Shown here: positions 25,721 through 34,851 of the stretch, piece after piece
How the letters are laid out: every line of letters starts with the position of its first letter
Numbering within the stretch: the first letter of the stretch is position 1
From: Candidatus Omnitrophota bacterium
Lineage (GTDB): Bacteria; Omnitrophota; Omnitrophia; Omnitrophales; Aquincolibacteriaceae
Assembly (NCBI GenBank): GCA_903884815.1
Contig: CAISGE010000021.1
Location: 64,448-128,447, forward strand
Direction: 5' to 3'
Length of the DNA stretch: 64,000 nucleotides
Made by a program: the position numbers and the translations under genes
Notes under the pieces: model-generated
What the model was told of the DNA's origin: nothing
The model's input: the letters and a program-made list of their open reading frames with translations, nothing else
The model's database searches: none

Positions 25721-26733
25721 ACTGTCTCCTTGAGGAATAGGGTCCGAATCTTTTTTGAAAAATCGGGATCCTGATCGGCCGCCTGGGCCTTGGCATTGAT
25801 CTTGCTCTTGGCGCGCAGTTCCGGAAAAGGCATCCCAAAAGTCTCGAGAAGACCGCGAACATAAAGGCGACGATCCGTAGCCCCGGTCAGGATCCGCCGC
25901 TGCCAGAAAGGAATATCAAAAACCTGTGCCTGGATAATGTGATTGCCGATCGTATTCGTGCAGCTTTGAGTCACCGTATTATAGAATTCCGGTTTCGTGC
26001 GCAGGGAGTTGGTCTTCTCCAGCATGCTGACAAAAAGCCTCCGGACCTTTTCCGGCGTCAGGGAGGTTCGATAAAGATAGACATCTTCTTTCCTGTAGTT
26101 TGTCCGAAGGCGCGCGATATCCCGTTCATCGCCCCAAACATAAATAATTTCATACTGTTTGAAGAGTCCGTTGAAAGTCCCGTAGGCTTCGCCTATCTCA
26201 GGCCGATATTCGATGGACACGGCCAACTGGCGGCCGCCCGTGAACTCGAAGCTCACAAACACATGTGCGATGGCGTCCATGCCCCAGTAATTCACAAAGA
26301 CATCCAGCGTCTTGAGGTCCTTGAGATCGTATTCCCGCGTTTCCCAGCGAACGTCGAAGTCCGTGACCGAACGATAATCGCTATTCCGGATATTGTGAAC
26401 CGTCACGCGATCTCCCTGGAATTCCGCGTAGGCGGTCTGGGCCACTTCGGGAGGATACTGGCCATTGATCTTCGGCTGGATCTGCCACTCATAAGCAAGC
26501 ACGCACAGGAAAGCGGCCAGCGGCAAGATCACGGCCCATTTCCTGGACCGGAGAATTAAGAGGATCAATGCCGCGAAAGGAATGCCGGCAAGAAAGCCGT
26601 ACGCGAGCGCGGTCCTAAGAGACTCCGGCTGTATCGGCGAAAAATAGAGGGCGCCAAAGCTCCAGAGGTGCAGACCAAGCAAAACAAGCGGAAGAAGGAT
26701 CCAACGAAAGAGAAATGAAAAAAAAGTTTTCAT
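25717..26733 (-). CDS. membrane protein, putative DUF4105 (Lnb N-terminal periplasmic domain-like) family
   Basis: Start chosen at the ATG at 26733 (MKTFFSFLFRWILLPLVLL..). It has two N-terminal TM helices and a large periplasmic domain. The ORF-track start at 26865 would overlap the upstream gene by over 100 nt. Confidence 0.55.
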   Translation of the reverse strand: MKTFFSFLFRWILLPLVLLGLHLWSFGALYFSPIQPESLRTALAYGFLAGIPFAALILLILRSRKWAVILPLAAFLCVLAYEWQIQPKINGQYPPEVAQTAYAEFQGDRVTVHNIRNSDYRSVTDFDVRWETREYDLKDLKTLDVFVNYWGMDAIAHVFVSFEFTGGRQLAVSIEYRPEIGEAYGTFNGLFKQYEIIYVWGDERDIARLRTNYRKEDVYLYRTSLTPEKVRRLFVSMLEKTNSLRTKPEFYNTVTQSCTNTIGNHIIQAQVFDIPFWQRRILTGATDRRLYVRGLLETFGMPFPELRAKSKINAKAQAADQDPDFSKKIRTLFLKETV

Positions 26734-26752
26734 AGAAAAACGATAGAAGCTC

Positions 26753-27784
26753 CTAAACTTTAGCAGAAGCGCATGCGGCCGCTTTTTCCTGCTCGGTTTC
26801 GAGAATATACTTCGTCGACCTGAGCAACTGCAAAATAACCCAGACATCCTTATTCTGATAGACATGCCGTTGCTGGGAGATCAGCACCATCGCGGTCACA
26901 TTCACGCCGGGGATCGCGTTCAGGTCCTGGCTGGTGATCTCGACGATCCCGTCGGAATTCGCGTTCTGACGCTTGGTCGAGAGAAGCGGCATGCTCCCGC
27001 CGCCCAGGATTGAGACATAAACCACGTCCTTGGGCAGAGGGCGCTTACTGAAGTCATTGAGTCCCACGATCACATCGTCCGTGCGGCCGTTCTTGTTGAC
27101 GTCTTTACTGTAGAACCAGTTGGGTGTATTGAACTCCGGACCGCCATTCAGATAAACGCTGTCTTTTTTAAGATCGCGCACGGCATCACTCTGGGTGTCG
27201 AGACCCGAAAGAGCCCTCTGGAATTTGTAAGGAAGCATTTTGAGATACCAGTGCTGCGGATTATAGTCGCTCCCGCGCTGCGGCGTGGCAAAAGAGATAT
27301 AGGCGCGAACATCGTTCTGATAGTAATCCGACTGCAAGTATTCGCGCCCCGCAAGTCCGCCCATGCTGTGCCCGATCAGGACCACCTTCGGAGAGCCCGT
27401 AACTTCTTTCACTTTTTGGATCATCGCGGCAAGCTCTTTGCCCTGCGTCACGATCGCAAGCTGGTTGTATGAGAAGGTCACCGTGTACATGGTGGCGGGC
27501 ACAATGTGATCCGCATGAACGATGATCTGGCCGTCTTTTTCTTCTGCCTTGAGGTCTCCCCCGTAACTGAAGCCGAATTCTCCGAGCTTCTTCATGATCT
27601 TGCTCTTGGACCAGAATTCGCCACTCGAGTTAAGCCCGTGAACAAAAATGATCGGCGCTTTCGGCAGCATTTTGGTATCCCCAAAACCCAAGAGGGCCGC
27701 CTTCCGGTCAAGAGTGGACGACACACACCCGGTGAGCCCCACCGCGAAAGCGAGGCACAAAAAGGAAAAAATTATTTTTTTCAT
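26753..27784 (-). CDS. secreted lipoprotein alpha/beta hydrolase (lipase/esterase, GHSMGG nucleophile elbow)
   Basis: Lipobox LTGC, IIFVHGLNSSGEFW and VVLIGHSMGGLAGREYL. Confidence 0.7.
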   Translation of the reverse strand: MKKIIFSFLCLAFAVGLTGCVSSTLDRKAALLGFGDTKMLPKAPIIFVHGLNSSGEFWSKSKIMKKLGEFGFSYGGDLKAEEKDGQIIVHADHIVPATMYTVTFSYNQLAIVTQGKELAAMIQKVKEVTGSPKVVLIGHSMGGLAGREYLQSDYYQNDVRAYISFATPQRGSDYNPQHWYLKMLPYKFQRALSGLDTQSDAVRDLKKDSVYLNGGPEFNTPNWFYSKDVNKNGRTDDVIVGLNDFSKRPLPKDVVYVSILGGGSMPLLSTKRQNANSDGIVEITSQDLNAIPGVNVTAMVLISQQRHVYQNKDVWVILQLLRSTKYILETEQEKAAACASAKV

Positions 27785-27847
27785 AAAACCTTTCTTGGTT
27801 TTAAAAAATCCAGACGTTTCACAATGATTCTTGTTCCCCTCAAACGA

Positions 27848-29146
27848 TCAGGCCATGTCCGCGGGCTGGCCGGTGGAGGCAAGCACGGCTTCCCAGAGCC
27901 ATCCGTCCAAGTCGATCTTTTTGCGTTTCGAGGTCGCGAGCGTTATCGGAACATGCGTCGCTTCGCCTTTCCAGGAGCCGACCATCATATCGGTGCGGCC
28001 GGACATCCCGGCATGAACCGCCGCGTAACCCAATAGCAGGCAGAACGCAGAATCATGAGCAATGGCCGGCATACTCCGGATCGTATAGCTGGGATCGATA
28101 TATTTAACACTGGCCTCCATACCGGCCTTCTTGAAATAAGCTTTGATCTCGTTCCTCAGAAAAACACCGATGTCGTCATGAAGGACATTCCCGGAAAGGT
28201 CCTTTTTCGAGCCGCCTTCTTTCTTCAGAAGGTCCTGCCCCGCACCCTCGGCAACCACGATCACCGCATGGGCCTTTTCCTTGAGTCTCTTTTCCAGCGT
28301 CTGAAGGAATCCGGACAAAGTGAATGGAACTTCCGGAACCAGGCAGAAATTGACCTGGCTGTCGGCCAGCGTCGTGTACGCGGCAATAAAACCGGAGTCC
28401 CGGCCCATCAGCTTCACAAGACCGATCCCGTTGCGCGCGCCGGTCGCTTCGCTGTGCGCAGCGTAAGTAAAGCGCCGGGCTTCACTGACCGCCGTCTCGA
28501 GCCCAAAGGTTTTCTGAACGAATGAAATGTCGTTATCGATCGTTTTGGGAATGCCGATCACCGCGATCTTCAGCCCGCGGCGGTTGATCTCCTGAGAGAT
28601 ATCATGAGCCCCGCGTAGTGTTCCGTCCCCGCCCAGCGTGAACAAGATCCCGATCTTCAGGGACTCCAGCATGTCCACCATCTCGCCCGCATCTTGATTT
28701 CCGCGGGAAGACCCCAATATCGTTCCGCCCATCTCCGCGATCCGGCTAACACCCTTCGGCGTAAGCTCCATGGGAACATGCCCGAATTTTTTTACAAGTC
28801 CTTCGTAACCATACCGGAATCCGTAGACTTTTTTGACGCCGTATTCATCGTGAAGCCCCATCACCACGGCGCGCACCACATCATTGAGCCCGGGGCAAAG
28901 GCCGCCGCAGGTCACAATACCGCAGCAAAGCTCCTTAGGATCGAAAAATATTTTTTCCCGGGGACCGGCCAACTCCATGGCCGGTGGTTCCTGGTGAGCC
29001 TCCAGAGCCCGCTGAAGGTCTTTAAGTCTGCCACCATAAAGCAAGCGATCATCCTCTGGAATAAAATGCCGGTTTTTGATCGGCGAAGGAAAATGGCATT
29101 CGCCTAGCTTTGAAATCGTGAAATCGATAGGATTTTCATTCGCCAT
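27848..29146 (-). CDS. pfk: 6-phosphofructokinase (long ~430-aa clade; ATP- or PPi-dependent)
   Basis: Conserved PFK motifs GGLCPGLNDVVRAVV, GGDGTLRGA, PKTIDND and MGRDSGFIA. Confidence 0.85.
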   Translation of the reverse strand: MANENPIDFTISKLGECHFPSPIKNRHFIPEDDRLLYGGRLKDLQRALEAHQEPPAMELAGPREKIFFDPKELCCGIVTCGGLCPGLNDVVRAVVMGLHDEYGVKKVYGFRYGYEGLVKKFGHVPMELTPKGVSRIAEMGGTILGSSRGNQDAGEMVDMLESLKIGILFTLGGDGTLRGAHDISQEINRRGLKIAVIGIPKTIDNDISFVQKTFGLETAVSEARRFTYAAHSEATGARNGIGLVKLMGRDSGFIAAYTTLADSQVNFCLVPEVPFTLSGFLQTLEKRLKEKAHAVIVVAEGAGQDLLKKEGGSKKDLSGNVLHDDIGVFLRNEIKAYFKKAGMEASVKYIDPSYTIRSMPAIAHDSAFCLLLGYAAVHAGMSGRTDMMVGSWKGEATHVPITLATSKRKKIDLDGWLWEAVLASTGQPADMA

Positions 29147-30279
29147 TAGCTTTTCCGATCCACCATACCGATATCCAGCAGCGTGAAATCATCTTTAAAA
29201 CGGATGAGATTCGAAAAAAGAAGTAAGTGTTTTTCGATCTCTTTGAAATCCACATTCGCCTGGGGCCAGCCGCATTCCTGAAAGATACTGAGAAGCCGGT
29301 CAACCCCGAGCATCTTGCCTCTTGAATCCGCGATCTCATAAAGCGCGTCCGAAAAGAGCACGACGTGATCGCCCGGATTCATTTCCGTAGAAAAATCTCC
29401 GAACTCCGCCTGCTCGATGCAGCCCAAAGGCATTCCTTGAAGAGAAACCTTTTCATAAGTCGCCGTTGCGGCGCGGTAAATGACCGGTGCCGGTCCCCCG
29501 GCACTGACCATTCGCAGGGTCCCTTTTTTGAGATCAAGAAAGCCGCAGATGGCCGCCGCAAAAGTACCGCCCCCCTGGATCAACCGGGTCAGTCGCTTGT
29601 TCATGGACTGCATCAGCGCCAGAGGGTTCGCATCAAGACGGCGCCTCTCCTGCCACAGGGAATTGAGATACATCGTGTAAAGCGCCGAGGGAACCCCATG
29701 CCCGACAATGTCTGCCAGAATGAAGGCGTAGCGGTCCTTGCTCAATTTGCTGACGGAATAATAATCGCCCCCGATGACTTCACACGGCGCGTAGTGCGTG
29801 GTCACAATAAGGCGGGGGTCGTCCGAAGCTTCGTTAAGAAGGATCTGATCCTGGATCTGCTTGACCGTTTGGATGTCCCGGAGTTCCTGAGTAAGGTCGT
29901 GAAAGGTTTCGACGCCGCCGACTACTTCGCCCTGCTGATTATAGACGGGCGCAACGCTCACCCTCATCGGAACCCGCTTCCCGCTCTTGGAGTTCGCGAA
30001 CACCATCACGGGGACCGTACTCCCTTTGCCGGTCTGCATGGCTCGGTGAAGCGGACAAAACTCTTCCCCGCAAAGCTGGCGGCCGTCCTTATCGACATGG
30101 CACAGAAAATCATCGAAACAGCCTTTGCCCAGCGCATCTTCCCGGGTCCAGCCCGTGATCTTCTCAGCAGCTTTGTTCCAGTAAATGATCTTCCGGTCTT
30201 TCCCAGTCACGTAAAGACCTTCGCTGACGGAGTCTAAGATGTTCTGGGGATCCAACTTTTCACCTTCAAACATGAACAA
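29146..30279 (-). CDS. PAS domain-containing PP2C/SpoIIE-family serine phosphatase
   Basis: N-terminal PAS (..GLYVTGKDRKIIYWNKAAEKITGW..), Cys-rich linker, and C-terminal SpoIIE/PP2C domain (GGDYY..ILADIVGHGV .. VLFSDALYE). Confidence 0.8.
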   Translation of the reverse strand: MFMFEGEKLDPQNILDSVSEGLYVTGKDRKIIYWNKAAEKITGWTREDALGKGCFDDFLCHVDKDGRQLCGEEFCPLHRAMQTGKGSTVPVMVFANSKSGKRVPMRVSVAPVYNQQGEVVGGVETFHDLTQELRDIQTVKQIQDQILLNEASDDPRLIVTTHYAPCEVIGGDYYSVSKLSKDRYAFILADIVGHGVPSALYTMYLNSLWQERRRLDANPLALMQSMNKRLTRLIQGGGTFAAAICGFLDLKKGTLRMVSAGGPAPVIYRAATATYEKVSLQGMPLGCIEQAEFGDFSTEMNPGDHVVLFSDALYEIADSRGKMLGVDRLLSIFQECGWPQANVDFKEIEKHLLLFSNLIRFKDDFTLLDIGMVDRKS

Positions 30280-30401
30280 ACTCCTCCAGGATTTTTATTC
30301 AGCAAAGTATAAACGCCGAGATCGAATCGTCCCTTAAAATCGCAGGTTCATGCAAAAACGCCGAAAATCGATGGAATGTCCCGAAGGATCTCTCCCCTCG
30401 C

Positions 30402-31259
30402 CTAATAGATCGCCGGTACGAATCTTTGTTTGTTCAGGGGCGGGCGCTTATACCCTTTGTCTTTTTGACGCTTCGGAATGGCAAGCTTCTTTTGGGTCAC
30501 ATCTTTGTAGGGGATCTGGGACAGGAGATGCGCCATGCAATTCAGCCGCGCGCATTTTTTGTCGTTCGCGTCCACGACATGCCAGGGAGATTCCTTGGTA
30601 TCCGTATGTTCAAACATCACGTCCTTGGCCTTGGAATAGTCCACCCAGCGCGCCCGGGCTTGCAGGTCCATCGGGCTGAGTTTCCAGCGCCGGGCCGGAT
30701 CTTTGAGCCTCTCCTGAAAACGCGCTTCCTGGACAGCGTCACTGACCGAAAACCAGTATTTGATGAGGATCGTTCCGGAACGGATCAGTTCTTTCTCAAA
30801 CTGGGGACACATATTTAAAAAATCCTGGTACTCGGCATCGGTACAAAAGCCCATCACACGCTCCACGCCCGCGCGATTGTACCAGCTGCGATCAAAAAGC
30901 ACCATTTCGCCCGCCGCCGGAAGATACGCGACATAACGCTGAAAATACCATTGCGTCTTTTCCCGCTCGGTGGGCGTCCCCAACGCCGCGATCCGGACAA
31001 TGCGCGGATTCGTGCGCATGGTCAGCCGTTTGATCACTCCGCCTTTGCCGGCCGCGTCACGCCCTTCAAAGAGCACCACCACCTTCAGGCCCTTGAACTT
31101 GACCCACTCTTCTAACTTGACCATCTCGGTTTGAAGCCGCTCAATCTCTTTGTTGTAGATCTTATTTTTAGCTTTCTTGTCCAAACCGGCGAGTTTTCCG
31201 AATTTTTTACTCAGAGCCTTTTTCATTTTTTCTTTGAGTTGCTTCTTTTTTCCGCCCAC
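30402..31259 (-). CDS. ppk2: polyphosphate kinase 2 (PPK2 family)
   Basis: Walker A-like FEGRDAAGKGG, then LFDRSWYNRAGVERVMGF and a PPK2 lid region. Confidence 0.85.
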   Translation of the reverse strand: MGGKKKQLKEKMKKALSKKFGKLAGLDKKAKNKIYNKEIERLQTEMVKLEEWVKFKGLKVVVLFEGRDAAGKGGVIKRLTMRTNPRIVRIAALGTPTEREKTQWYFQRYVAYLPAAGEMVLFDRSWYNRAGVERVMGFCTDAEYQDFLNMCPQFEKELIRSGTILIKYWFSVSDAVQEARFQERLKDPARRWKLSPMDLQARARWVDYSKAKDVMFEHTDTKESPWHVVDANDKKCARLNCMAHLLSQIPYKDVTQKKLAIPKRQKDKGYKRPPLNKQRFVPAIY

Positions 31260-31295
31260 AAAAACCCCCTTCTTGCTAAAAAATCACGGGTTGGA

Positions 31296-31955
31296 TCAAG
31301 CCTGTTTTTTCGCTTGGGTCGTCAAACATAATCCGAGGTCGGCTTCAAAACCGGTCATGATCTGGCCCAGTCCCTGGCTCCACCCTTCGGTCAGCACCAC
31401 AGGAGAGATCTGCTTCATCGGAATCTCGGCGACGTAGATCTTCTGAGACAGGACCGTGTTAGCACCGGCGTGTCCTCCGCTCACGGTCATTTGAATCTTC
31501 ACAACCGCTTTGGGACTGCTTTCGCTGCGATAATCGCCGCTGAGCTCGATCACGCGGCCATCGACCGCATAATCCGCCGCGGTGACCATGGAAGGCGTCA
31601 CGACGACGGCAACAAGCGGCGAACCCTTGAGCCAGACCGCAACCTCGTCTTGTATCAGTTTCGCGGGAGCCGTGATCAGTTGATTGTAGAAATCCTGCTC
31701 GTAGGTCGTCTCTCCGGACCGGTAGGCCAAATAGCGGTCATTGAAGAAAGGAACCGCCGAAAAGGCATTCACACGAACGGAAACCGGCGCATTCGAAGCA
31801 GCGGCCTGATGAGGCGCATTCAACTCGAGGGAGTACGTCTTGATATCCGGAGCGGCCTTCTGCAGGCCCACGCTCACACATCCTGAAAACACCAGAATGC
31901 AAAGGATCAGACACTGGAACATTATGCTGTTCTTGATTCGCGTGAGATTTTTCAT
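31296..31955 (-). CDS. ABC-type transport auxiliary lipoprotein (PqiC/YmbA-like, DUF330)
   Basis: Lipoprotein signal ..ILVFSGC. About 200 aa, positioned last in an mce/mla operon. Confidence 0.65.
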   Translation of the reverse strand: MKNLTRIKNSIMFQCLILCILVFSGCVSVGLQKAAPDIKTYSLELNAPHQAAASNAPVSVRVNAFSAVPFFNDRYLAYRSGETTYEQDFYNQLITAPAKLIQDEVAVWLKGSPLVAVVVTPSMVTAADYAVDGRVIELSGDYRSESSPKAVVKIQMTVSGGHAGANTVLSQKIYVAEIPMKQISPVVLTEGWSQGLGQIMTGFEADLGLCLTTQAKKQA

Positions 31956-32722
31956 CGGTCATACCTCGATTTGGCAGGTGCATCACCGAAAATCATCTGG
32001 GAGGGATATTTCTTCCCCGTCGAAGTGATATCTTCGATGTTCTTCGCGATCACCGTCAGATGCGGCAACATTTCATTGAGCTTTGCGGTCAATTCCGGAA
32101 AATCGTTCGAAGCCTTCGTGAGGTTCGCCAGCATCGGATAAATATCCGTATCCATTTTATTCATCAATTTATCGAGAGATTCGCCTAACCGGGTTGCGAC
32201 TCCCGGGGCCGAGGGCAAATAGAGTCCCTCGGGCTGCCACAGGAGCTTCTGCGGAGGCGGTGTCTCTTTCGGATCATAAAAGCCCATTTCCACATACACA
32301 AGGCCGGTAATACCGATCGATTGCAACTTGGCACGCAAGGTTTGCTTTGCGACCATGTAATCGATGGTCTTCTGGATCTTGACCAGGTTCTCCCCCGCCA
32401 ATCTGGGGAAATACTTCCTGTCGAGTTCCAACCGGACGCAGACCTGCCCATATTCCGTTCCCAATTCGGCCAGAGTCTTCCCCCCGCCATAAAGATCTCT
32501 CACGAACAGGATGTCCTTCACCTTCCCGACCTTGACGCCGCTCATTTTGACCAAGGCCCCGACATCCAGTCCCTGGACCGAGCCGCTGAAATACGTCTCC
32601 ACAAGAATGGGAGGCGGTTGAAGTGCCGTGCCGGCCCCGAACATGATCAGTCCGACGCAGAGCAGCGCCAAAGAGACCAGGGTAAAGAGCCCGATCTTGA
32701 AGTACCGTGTTTTTTCACTCAT
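31952..32722 (-). CDS. mlaD: MCE-domain substrate-binding protein MlaD
   Basis: N-terminal TM anchor plus MCE domain (..ETYFSGSVQGLDVGALVKMSGVKVGKV..). Confidence 0.8.
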   Translation of the reverse strand: MSEKTRYFKIGLFTLVSLALLCVGLIMFGAGTALQPPPILVETYFSGSVQGLDVGALVKMSGVKVGKVKDILFVRDLYGGGKTLAELGTEYGQVCVRLELDRKYFPRLAGENLVKIQKTIDYMVAKQTLRAKLQSIGITGLVYVEMGFYDPKETPPPQKLLWQPEGLYLPSAPGVATRLGESLDKLMNKMDTDIYPMLANLTKASNDFPELTAKLNEMLPHLTVIAKNIEDITSTGKKYPSQMIFGDAPAKSRYDR

Positions 32723-32758
32723 TTTGATTCTCCTCGATTGGATGATGGCAACAAATAC

Positions 32759-33532
32759 TTAAAGCTCGTCTTTTGAAACTCGCCGGTTGAAAAAATTCCG
32801 AACGTTTTCATTCTCGCAGTGGTCCTTCAGGAATTTCGGATCCCCTTCCGCGATGATCTTCTTGGTCTTCTTGTCGAGCATGATGACGCGGTCCGCGATC
32901 GTATAAATACTGTCGAGTTCATGGGTCACCACCACAAAGGTGATGCCGAGACCGCGGGAAAGCTTAAGGATCAGCTGGTCCAGTTCCGCCGACGTAACAG
33001 GGTCGAGCCCCGCGGACGGTTCATCCAGAAAAAGGATCTTCGGGTCGAGGGCCATGGCTCGCGCGATCGCCGCGCGCTTCTGCATCCCGCCGGAAATCTC
33101 GGAGGGCATATGATTTTCAAAACCCTGGAGGCCCACCAGCATCAACTTGAGCGCCGCCACCGATCGGCGAGCGGTTTCCGCAAGATGAGTGAATTCCTCG
33201 AGAGGCAGCATGACATTTTGAAGAAGATTCATCGAGCCAAAAAGAGCGCCACTCTGATACATCACCCCAATGCGGTTCAACACTTCCAGCCGCCCTTTCC
33301 CTTCTGCCTTGACCATATCCTGCCCGCCGATCAGAATCTCCCCGCTCCATGGCTGATAGAGACCGATCATCTGCTTCAAGAGCGTGCTTTTTCCGCAACC
33401 AGACCCGCCGAGAATCACAAAGACTTCACCCTTTTTGACGTCAAAAGAGATCGCGTCAAAAGTCATGCTGTCGCCGTAACCGGCCGTCAGGTCCTTGACC
33501 TCAATGATCTTTTCGGTGGCGGCTTGTGCCAT
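32759..33532 (-). CDS. mlaF: ABC transporter ATP-binding protein MlaF
   Basis: Walker A GGSGCGKST, ABC signature ISGGMQKRAAIARA and Walker B LFLDEPSAGLD. Confidence 0.85.
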   Translation of the reverse strand: MAQAATEKIIEVKDLTAGYGDSMTFDAISFDVKKGEVFVILGGSGCGKSTLLKQMIGLYQPWSGEILIGGQDMVKAEGKGRLEVLNRIGVMYQSGALFGSMNLLQNVMLPLEEFTHLAETARRSVAALKLMLVGLQGFENHMPSEISGGMQKRAAIARAMALDPKILFLDEPSAGLDPVTSAELDQLILKLSRGLGITFVVVTHELDSIYTIADRVIMLDKKTKKIIAEGDPKFLKDHCENENVRNFFNRRVSKDEL

Positions 33533-33535
33533 GCT

Positions 33536-34723
33536 CTATATCCCCAGCGCGTAATAGATGGCCGAGATCACGCCATCCAAAATGATGATCATGACCATGC
33601 CGGTGACGACCGAAGAGGTGGTCGATTCCCCGACCGCAGAAGCGCCCGTCTTGGTCTGAAGCCCGCGCAGGCATCCGATCGCGCCGATCGCGATGGCGAA
33701 CGGAATGGACTTGAAAATGCCGCCGAGGACATCTCCCAGGTCAACCGTCGAGGTGATCTGATTGATATAAGTGGTCGCGGAATAACCAAAGGATTTGAAC
33801 ACGATCATGCCGCCGAGCATCCCAAAAAAATCGGAGAGGACCGTGAGAAGCGGCGCGAGGAACAAGATCCCCATCATCCGGCTGACCACGAGAAAACGAA
33901 CCGGCTCGAGTCCCATCGTTGTCAGCGCGTTGATCTCTTCATTGATCTTCATCGTCCCGATCTCCGCCGCGATCGCGGACCCGGTCCTTCCGGCAAGAAT
34001 GATCGCGGTGATGAGCGGGCCCAGTTCCCTTAAGACGGCGAAGGCAACCACGTTCGCGACAAAAACATCTGAGCCCATCTGCTTCAGCGGCAGAGCGGAC
34101 TGGAAAGCCATGATAACGCCGATCAGAAACCCGGCCATAATGATCAACGGTGCGGCGTTCGCGCCGCCCTTTTCAATAAAGATCCACACATCCTGCCAGC
34201 GGACGGACTTTGGATGAAAAGCGGCATAAAAAATTTGGCTGATCACCGAGCCGACAAAAACGATCTGCTCGTAAATCCCTTCCCCTGTCTTCACGACCGA
34301 GCGGCCAAGACTTTCGATAAAGGACACCTTCGCAGCGATCTTAGGGGCCCCCTGCGGCGAGGATCGGCGGGTGGCCAGGTCCAGAAGATTCTGATATTCC
34401 GGGCGTAGACCGTTCAGCTTAAAAACATTCTTGGAAGATTCTTGAAACTGCTTGAGGTCGCGAAGGAACGCGACACCCGTCATGTCGAGATACGTCAAAG
34501 CGGCCACGTCGAGTACAAGTTCGCGAGGTTTCTGGTCTTGTCGCAATGTTTCGATCTCTTGCCAAATAGCACCCGCTGTCTTTGCGGTAAAGCTTCCGGC
34601 AAGCCGAAGGCTCAGGGATCCTTCTTTTTTTTCAACGACCTCGAGCTTAAGCTCTGAAGTTTTGGAGGTGCTGCGGTCCTTTGACAAAACCAGTGACTCC
34701 TTTAAGTTTAGAGAACCTAACAA
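33536..34723 (-). CDS. mlaE: STAS domain fused to ABC permease MlaE
   Basis: Residues 25-120 form a STAS/anti-sigma-antagonist-like domain (..[23 protein letters not shown]..). The MlaE permease core follows (..[40 protein letters not shown]-like). Confidence 0.8.
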   Translation of the reverse strand: [395 protein letters not shown]

Positions 34724-34728
34724 AATCC

Positions 34729-34796
34729 GTAGCGCAGGGTTATCCTGATTTCCCGATTATTTTTATAAATGCTAATCAGGGTTAAACCTGCGCTAC
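34729..34796 (-). promoter_or_regulatory. long imperfect hairpin in the leader between the membrane PP2C gene and the STAS-mlaE operon
   Basis: Arms GTAGCGCAGGGTTATCCTGATT and AATCAGGGTTAAACCTGCGCTAC with outer 10-bp and inner 8-bp pairings around an AT-rich loop. Confidence 0.35.
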
Positions 34797-34851
34797 TCTT
34801 TATAAGGCTGATCAAACGAGCTAGAATGTTAATTCATCCCGAAGAAAAAGT

